NCBI GenBank assembly: GCA_949373235.1
Contig: CASICQ010000007.1
Span: 1,030-65,029 of the forward strand
Direction of reading: 5' to 3'
Length of the DNA stretch: 64,000 nucleotides
Source of the DNA: Candidatus Poseidoniaceae archaeon
GTDB lineage: Archaea; Thermoplasmatota; Poseidoniia; Poseidoniales; Poseidoniaceae
The notes under the pieces were generated by a model that saw only the letters and a program-made list of their open reading frames with translations, made no database searches and was not told the DNA's origin. The position numbers were made by a program, and so were the translations under genes. The stretch's first letter is position 1. The number at the start of each line of letters is the position of its first letter. Shown piece after piece: positions 58,507-64,000 of this stretch.

Positions 58507-58890
58507 ATGAGTCAAATTCCTGAAGAACTGTATTACACAAAAGAACACGAATGGATGCGCGTTGAAGGGGATGAAATCGTCATCGGCATTACAGATTACG
58601 CACAAGAGGCTTTGACAGATATTGTCTACATTGAACTCCCTGCAGAAGGCGAAGTGATGGAGGACATGGGTGAATTTGCAATTGTCGAGTCGGTCAAATC
58701 GGCCTCTCCTATTTTTGCTCCGCTTGCGGGCACCGTCGTGGCAGTCAACGAAGCACTGGAAGACGCCCCCGAATTGATGAACACCGATCCATACGGTGAA
58801 GGCTGGATTGTTCGAATGAAGTTGGATGCTCCTGAGGCAATCACCGCCATGATGAGCGCTGCAGACTACAAGGCTGAAATTGGCGAGTGA
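58507..58890 (+). CDS. gcvH: Glycine cleavage system H protein
   Basis: YTKEHEW, GITDYAQ, lipoyl site VESVKSAS, NTDPYGEGW. Confidence 0.96.
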   Translation: MSQIPEELYYTKEHEWMRVEGDEIVIGITDYAQEALTDIVYIELPAEGEVMEDMGEFAIVESVKSASPIFAPLAGTVVAVNEALEDAPELMNTDPYGEGWIVRMKLDAPEAITAMMSAADYKAEIGE

Positions 58891-59432
58891 CCCTCTTGAT
58901 GACTGGGCCGTGGACCATCTACGTCGATGGTTCGTGCTTAGGCAATCAAAACGTTGACGCTGATACTCCAGCCGCTTGGGCTGTCGTGGTTGTCAGTGGC
59001 GACAGTGGGCTTGGCAGAGGCAATGGTTCGCTGGTCGAAGAGTTCGCTGGGCATGTGATCACTCAGTCCGGCGTTGCAAATTTCATTGGAGCCGAAGTTG
59101 GTTCCAACAACACTGCGGAATTGACCGCCATTGCTGAAGCCCTGCGATGGCTGCTGACCGAAGGCGGAGGCAATGAAGCAATCATACGAGCCGATTCCCA
59201 ATACGCTGGCAACCTCGCGTCGGGTGCTTGGAAAGCGAAAGCAAACCGAGCGCTCGTCGCTCATGTTCAGGAATTATGGACGACCGTGAGTGGCTTGCGT
59301 CCGTTGTCGTGGGAACATGTGCGCGCCCACCGGGGCCACCGATGGAACGAACGCGCAGATCACTTGGCCCTTCGTAAGGCACAGAACGAAGCCCCGGCCC
59401 CGCTGTCATTCTGGAAACCTGGTCAGCGTTGA
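58887..59432 (+). CDS. rnhA: Ribonuclease HI
   Basis: IYVDGSCLGN, SNNTAELTA, DSQY, HVRAHRGHRWNERAD. Confidence 0.92.
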   Translation: MTLLMTGPWTIYVDGSCLGNQNVDADTPAAWAVVVVSGDSGLGRGNGSLVEEFAGHVITQSGVANFIGAEVGSNNTAELTAIAEALRWLLTEGGGNEAIIRADSQYAGNLASGAWKAKANRALVAHVQELWTTVSGLRPLSWEHVRAHRGHRWNERADHLALRKAQNEAPAPLSFWKPGQR

Positions 59433-60289
59433 GCCAGCCGTTGCTCCAACCATGCCCTGAAATCGGAATTCAAGTCTTGGCGCCGAAGGGCGTGGTCAAC
59501 TTGGGCTTTCAACCAGGGGAGCGGTTTGCCTGAATCATACCACTGGTACCCGTTCAATTCCACACCGTACATACCACCGTTGTCCATCCAATGTTGCTGG
59601 AGAGCGATGGATTGTAACTCTCCATGGGTTTCGACATCATACGTGTCAAGCAACGCTGAGGCGTCGGAAGTGAACACGTACCGCCCACACAACACCAGGT
59701 TGGAGGGCGCCTCATCGACTGGTGGCTTCTCGACAATTTCTACGATCTTCGAACCCTCAAGTCGCACCACGCCGTAATTGCACACCTCGTCTGCCTCAAC
59801 AGGAAGCAACGCTGCGCACGGGCGGCCGTGCTGTTCGAAAGCGGCGACAAGGGTTGCGCTTGCATTTGAGGGGACAAAGTTGTCAAGTGTAGCGTGGGTG
59901 TCAATCAGTAAATTATCACCAAGCAAGACGAGAAAAGGACCGTCGATTGCATGAAGAGCGCTCTGGATGGCGTTGCCTAACCCAAGTGGAGTTTGTTGAA
60001 CATGGATCAAAACTTCGACGTCAGCGAAAGGGGCCAGAAGTGCGGTGTCAAGGTCTGGGCGCTTTTCCTTGAGCCATGAGTGGTCGCCAAGAAGATTTGA
60101 GAGGTCCTTGCGCGGTGAAGTCACAATATGCAGCCTTTTGACACCGGCTGCCTGTGCTTCCCGGGCAAGGTGGACAAGGGCCGGCACGTCGACGAGTGGA
60201 AGCGCTTCTTTTGGGACAGAGGCGCTGGTTGGGAGCATTCTGGTGCCGAGGCCACCCGCTACCAAGAGCGCATCTTGAATTGCCGCCAT
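59423..60289 (-). CDS. UTP--glucose-1-phosphate uridylyltransferase-like nucleotidyltransferase
   Basis: AGGLGTRMLP..PKEALPLVD, QQTPLGLGNA, VLLGD, YGVV, VEKP. Confidence 0.88.
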   Translation of the reverse strand: MAAIQDALLVAGGLGTRMLPTSASVPKEALPLVDVPALVHLAREAQAAGVKRLHIVTSPRKDLSNLLGDHSWLKEKRPDLDTALLAPFADVEVLIHVQQTPLGLGNAIQSALHAIDGPFLVLLGDNLLIDTHATLDNFVPSNASATLVAAFEQHGRPCAALLPVEADEVCNYGVVRLEGSKIVEIVEKPPVDEAPSNLVLCGRYVFTSDASALLDTYDVETHGELQSIALQQHWMDNGGMYGVELNGYQWYDSGKPLPWLKAQVDHALRRQDLNSDFRAWLEQRLAQR

Positions 60290-60342
60290 ATCAGGTGGGT
60301 GGGTGGCACAGGCTTTCAAGCGTGGCCCTCCTACGCTGAGTC

Positions 60343-60762
60343 ATGGAGCGGACTCACCCCTGGCGCTGGCTAGCCGGACTCGGCGTCCTTGGTGTCGCAC
60401 AGGGTTTTGTCGACGTTGCCCCCCCTGGGCCTTGGGATTCAGCCTCGTTTACTCGAGGCGTAATCGGCCTATGCGGCATGGTTTGCCTTTACTTGGCTTG
60501 GTTCAGGTACACGTTTGACATCAATGGCGTGGCGCCAACGATGAATCGTTGGAAAGCACCTGACAAGAGTTGGCCTCTGGTGATTGGTTTTGGCGTTGGG
60601 TGCATGCTCGCTGTGAACATCGCAGCATGGCTTGGAGTTGATGCCTACCTTCCAGAGCCGACCGGCCTGTTGGGGATGCTTGTTGGGAGCTTGGCTGTGC
60701 TCAATGGGACCTACGTCGGCCTTGTCGTGCGAGGGCCGTTTCGAATTGAAGAAGAGGAATGA
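60343..60762 (+). CDS. Hypothetical membrane protein
   Basis: About four TM helices, acidic C-terminus. Confidence 0.7.
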   Translation: MERTHPWRWLAGLGVLGVAQGFVDVAPPGPWDSASFTRGVIGLCGMVCLYLAWFRYTFDINGVAPTMNRWKAPDKSWPLVIGFGVGCMLAVNIAAWLGVDAYLPEPTGLLGMLVGSLAVLNGTYVGLVVRGPFRIEEEE

Positions 60763-60764
60763 CT

Positions 60765-62225
60765 TCAATCAAGGAAGCCAAGTTCCTGATCGATTTCTCC
60801 TTCTCCGTTGATGTCGCCGTCCAATAGATTCTCCACCGGAGGGCGCTCAGGAATGGTCGGTTGCTCCGCTTCTCCTGCGAGGTAGGCTTGCCAAGCAGCC
60901 AAGCGTTCTGGTCGGCGCAAACCGAGTGGCGTCCATAGCGGCTCGAGATTGCAACCCTGCTCAATAAAGTCCGCCAGTCGGGCGGCGAAATGATCGGGGG
61001 CAACCTCTTCCATACGCATCAGCAATTCGCGCATCCTTGTTCGAACAACCTCGTCGCCGTCGACCCAGAGCATGGGCAAAAGCCGGCGCTTGTCGTCAGG
61101 GAATTGCTCGAGGTAGTCGCGCAAGAAGGGCACTAAGTTGCGGCGCACAACCGGCAGTGGATGGCTTGACAATTCTGCCATGGTGTCTGCCCAAAGTTCG
61201 GCATCGAGGAAGCGGAGATCGCCCACCGTTGAGCTGGCGGCTGCCAAAACACCCTCGTCTTCGTCTTTGAGCATGGCTTCGAGAAACGGTACTGCGTCCC
61301 ATGTCAATCGCCTGAACAGCCGGGTCAGCACATCGGCCATGCCTCTGCGAATCAGCAGTTCTGTTCGGGTGTGGAGCCGTTGAGCAAGTGCAAGGCCCGC
61401 ATCACGGTCGTATTCAATGGCCTTGGCGAGGCACAAGCAAACGCGTGAAGCAACTTCTTGTTCAGGATCAAGCGCCCGGCGCATGAGAATTTGATCGATG
61501 TGCAACGGCTCAACGAGGTTGGGGCGTTCAAGCAAAAGACGCGCCCATTCCATCAACAGCAAACGGCGCTCAAGTGAGCCGTTTTCAAGGCGGGTGAGCA
61601 ACCAAACTGCCGCATTCACACCAACGTCATGGGTGACAACGCCCCCTTGGCGAGGCAACACAGCATGAGGGTTCCACTCCATCTGGTGAGGCCCTGCATC
61701 GGGTTGGGTGTGCCAAGTGCCGGGGCGTTCTGCCAAAGCAATTGATTCGACCAAGTGGTACCCTTGGTGCACCGATTGACCGCGCGGTTCAACGGCAAGC
61801 CCGTCAACAAGAGCGACCGCAAGCCACCAACGGTCAACGTTCGGTGCTTGTTGATCAAATGCCTGGGCCAACCAGTCGGTGGCAATAGCGAACAACAGTC
61901 GCTCAGCGACTTGAGGGACGCGCTTGTTGAGCCAGCGTTCATGGACTTCATACGGGTCGTCGCTGAGGTTCATCCGATGAGGGACAATCAGGTCAACAAC
62001 GGTGTTGAGGTTGCGTTCAAACATACCTCGATCGACTTGAAGAAGACCCACACCCTGCTCGATGATTGTTTGGGGAGAACTTGGTGGGCGCGCCGGGAAA
62101 TCTGGATCGGAGATCGGAGGGGCGGGCAAGGGCCACGATTGGGTGCCGCGTTCCAACGCGGCAACGAGCCCCTTTTCTACAGCCTCATAGGCGGATTCTG
62201 ACAAGCGATTACGCGGTTTACTCAT
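60765..62225 (-). CDS. HEAT-repeat-like protein
   Basis: Repeated helical units: ALDPEQEVASR, LKDEDEGVLAAA, SHPLPVVRR, DGDEVVR. Confidence 0.75.
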   Translation of the reverse strand: MSKPRNRLSESAYEAVEKGLVAALERGTQSWPLPAPPISDPDFPARPPSSPQTIIEQGVGLLQVDRGMFERNLNTVVDLIVPHRMNLSDDPYEVHERWLNKRVPQVAERLLFAIATDWLAQAFDQQAPNVDRWWLAVALVDGLAVEPRGQSVHQGYHLVESIALAERPGTWHTQPDAGPHQMEWNPHAVLPRQGGVVTHDVGVNAAVWLLTRLENGSLERRLLLMEWARLLLERPNLVEPLHIDQILMRRALDPEQEVASRVCLCLAKAIEYDRDAGLALAQRLHTRTELLIRRGMADVLTRLFRRLTWDAVPFLEAMLKDEDEGVLAAASSTVGDLRFLDAELWADTMAELSSHPLPVVRRNLVPFLRDYLEQFPDDKRRLLPMLWVDGDEVVRTRMRELLMRMEEVAPDHFAARLADFIEQGCNLEPLWTPLGLRRPERLAAWQAYLAGEAEQPTIPERPPVENLLDGDINGEGEIDQELGFLD

Positions 62226-62261
62226 GACTCAGCCTCCAAGTTAAGGTGGTGTGCATTCGCC

Positions 62262-63188
62262 TCAAATATCGAGTTCGATGTTCAGGTTCTGAATCAGTTC
62301 CTTGTATCGATTTCGGATGGTAACCTCAGTCACGCCAGCCACTTCAGCAACTTCTCGCTGAGTGCGGCGCTTTCCGCACAACACAGAAGCGATGTAGATG
62401 ATTGAGGCTGCGATTCCGGTTGGACCGCGCCCGCTCGTGAGTTCCTTTTCTTGAGCTGCCTTGATCAATTCGTATGCCTTTGCTTCAACTTCAGCATCCA
62501 ATCCAAGACCCGAGCAGAATCTGGAGATGTAATCTTCAGGGCCGGTTGGCATGATTTTCATCTTCAGTTCTCGGACCATGAATCGGTAGGTGCGGCCGAT
62601 CTCCTTGCGGCCGGTTCTCGATGCTTGACCAATTTCGTCAAGGGTACGAGGCACACCGCATTGGCGGCAAGCAGCGTACAGGGATGCTGCAGCGACACCT
62701 TCGATTGAACGGCCTCGGATGAGGCGCTTGTCGACGGCTTTCTTGTAATTCACAGCGGCTGCTTCACGAACAGATTTTGGCAATTCGAGGCGGCTTGCCA
62801 TTCGGTCAAGTTCAGCCAAAGCCATGGCGAGGTTGCGTTCGGTTGCGTTGCTCACTCGGCTTCGCTTCTGCCACTTCCTCATTCGGTAGAATTGAGATCT
62901 GTAACGGGAATTGATGGTTTTTCCAGAGTAGTCTTTGTTTTGCCAATCGATGTCAGTGGACAATCCTTTGTCGTGGAGCATGACGGTCATTGGCGCACCG
63001 GTTCGGGCCCGTTGATCGCCTTGTTCTGGCGAGAACACTCGCCATTCTGCGCCCTGGTCAATGACGTTGTCTTCCAACACCAATCCACAGTCGTCGCAGA
63101 CCACTTCGCCACGGGTTTCGTCGCGGGTTAAGCTGCGACTTCCGCAGTCGCCGCACTTCACAATATCTTCTACTTGCTGTTCATCCAT
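62262..63188 (-). CDS. tfb: Transcription initiation factor IIB (TFB)
   Basis: Zn ribbon CGDC...CDDCG, GAEWR B-reader, HDKGLST, two cyclin repeats, [13 protein letters not shown]. Confidence 0.98.
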   Translation of the reverse strand: MDEQQVEDIVKCGDCGSRSLTRDETRGEVVCDDCGLVLEDNVIDQGAEWRVFSPEQGDQRARTGAPMTVMLHDKGLSTDIDWQNKDYSGKTINSRYRSQFYRMRKWQKRSRVSNATERNLAMALAELDRMASRLELPKSVREAAAVNYKKAVDKRLIRGRSIEGVAAASLYAACRQCGVPRTLDEIGQASRTGRKEIGRTYRFMVRELKMKIMPTGPEDYISRFCSGLGLDAEVEAKAYELIKAAQEKELTSGRGPTGIAASIIYIASVLCGKRRTQREVAEVAGVTEVTIRNRYKELIQNLNIELDI

Positions 63189-63440
63189 ATGTATCCCTCA
63201 TTTTGTCCCCTTGCCGAGCCCAATGCCCAACTCTTTAGGGAACCTTGATATAGTCGCCTTGACGATTGTATTTAAACTTTGACTGAATCATGTTTTCTAA
63301 TTCATTTTGATTCTTCCACATTCACATCATAAAAGGGCGGATTCTTTACTAAAAAGAGGGCCGCTGTGCAGTTCAAAGCGCATTGTATGCGCCCGAACCG
63401 ATTATATCCGCTTGGCTCATGAAGGGATTTGATGGGGAAG

Positions 63441-64000
63441 ATGCGAACAGAATGGCCCCCTCAAAAAGTCGCTTTATCTCCAGAAAAGCGGGTTTTATTC
63501 CTAACCAAGGACCTCAGCCTCATCAAGCAACAACTCTACGATGGTTTGGATCTAAGAATGGAAGATCTCACCGTTGACGATCTTTTGGATGACATCAACA
63601 CCGACGTCATGACTCCGGCGTGGGTATGTTTCGATCACGATCCTGCGGAAATTGCCAAAAACGCATACGCTGGACTGATGCACAATGGATTGAGGGTTTT
63701 CAATGAAAACGCACTGAAGAACGGAAATTTCGAAGTCATCGTTTCAGGCCAACGAAAGGGCACAGGATCTTCCAGAGAAACTGCTGCGCAGTGCGAACGC
63801 TGGGCTGGCATCAACATCGTTATTGCCGCCTCATTCGCTCCAATTCACGAACGCAACAACATCAATTTAGGCCAGCTAATGGGCGACCACGCCATGCTTG
63901 AAAGGCTGCAAAACGGGGAAGAGATTCCATTGGATTCATTCACCACTCAATACGATGACGTCACTCAAATTATCCTTGAAAAAGGCGGATTGTTTCCGTT
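63441..64000 (+). CDS. Aconitase/isopropylmalate dehydratase family protein, N-terminal swivel (LeuD-like) domain; partial, runs off window
   Basis: Manual translation: MRTEWPPQKV...RVLFLTKD...DDINTDVMTP...GTGSSRETA...IAASFAPIHERNNINLG; frame stays open to the window end. Confidence 0.85.
   Translation, partial: MRTEWPPQKVALSPEKRVLFLTKDLSLIKQQLYDGLDLRMEDLTVDDLLDDINTDVMTPAWVCFDHDPAEIAKNAYAGLMHNGLRVFNENALKNGNFEVIVSGQRKGTGSSRETAAQCERWAGINIVIAASFAPIHERNNINLGQLMGDHAMLERLQNGEEIPLDSFTTQYDDVTQIILEKGGLFP

Noticed and set aside
63244-63272. Possible dif site (TTGATATAGTCGCCTTGA)
   Set aside because: Only one arm resembles known archaeal dif sites, with no inverted partner arm; more simply part of the AT-rich divergent tfb promoter region.

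Overview
Chromosomal segment of an archaeon. It carries TFB, FEN1, Sec61-beta, archaeal phosphopantothenate synthetase and XerA. The mix of these with bacterial-type aceE, a large secreted S8 protease, a YHYH protein and many single-pass membrane proteins best fits Marine Group II (Poseidoniales); this is an inference from gene content. From about 9 to 64 kb the window is dense housekeeping DNA: about 55 CDS, tRNA-Arg(TCG), tRNA-Ser(TGA) and an A1-type cytochrome c oxidase operon. Four things stand out. (1) The first ~9 kb is a variable region in which single-gene cassettes are bounded by short direct repeats. These include three copies of a CACGGTGYGTC motif around an AT-rich nuclease-helicase gene, and a diverged, still in-frame duplicate of the last 12 codons of aceE. 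(2) The oxidase operon has unusual fusions: a Reeler-like CxCH domain on subunit I, a His-rich subunit III, and an SCO protein split by two DUF4430-like repeats plus an EGF-like module. (3) There is a set of candidate chromatin proteins: Hc1-like, HhH plus H1-like tail, a basic zinc finger next to xerA, and a membrane-anchored SAP-domain protein. (4) Two TerB genes sit beside an orphan N6-adenine methyltransferase. Four +1 frameshifts clustered in the first 3.3 kb look like sequencing errors. All family calls come from motif recognition by eye; no database searches were run.
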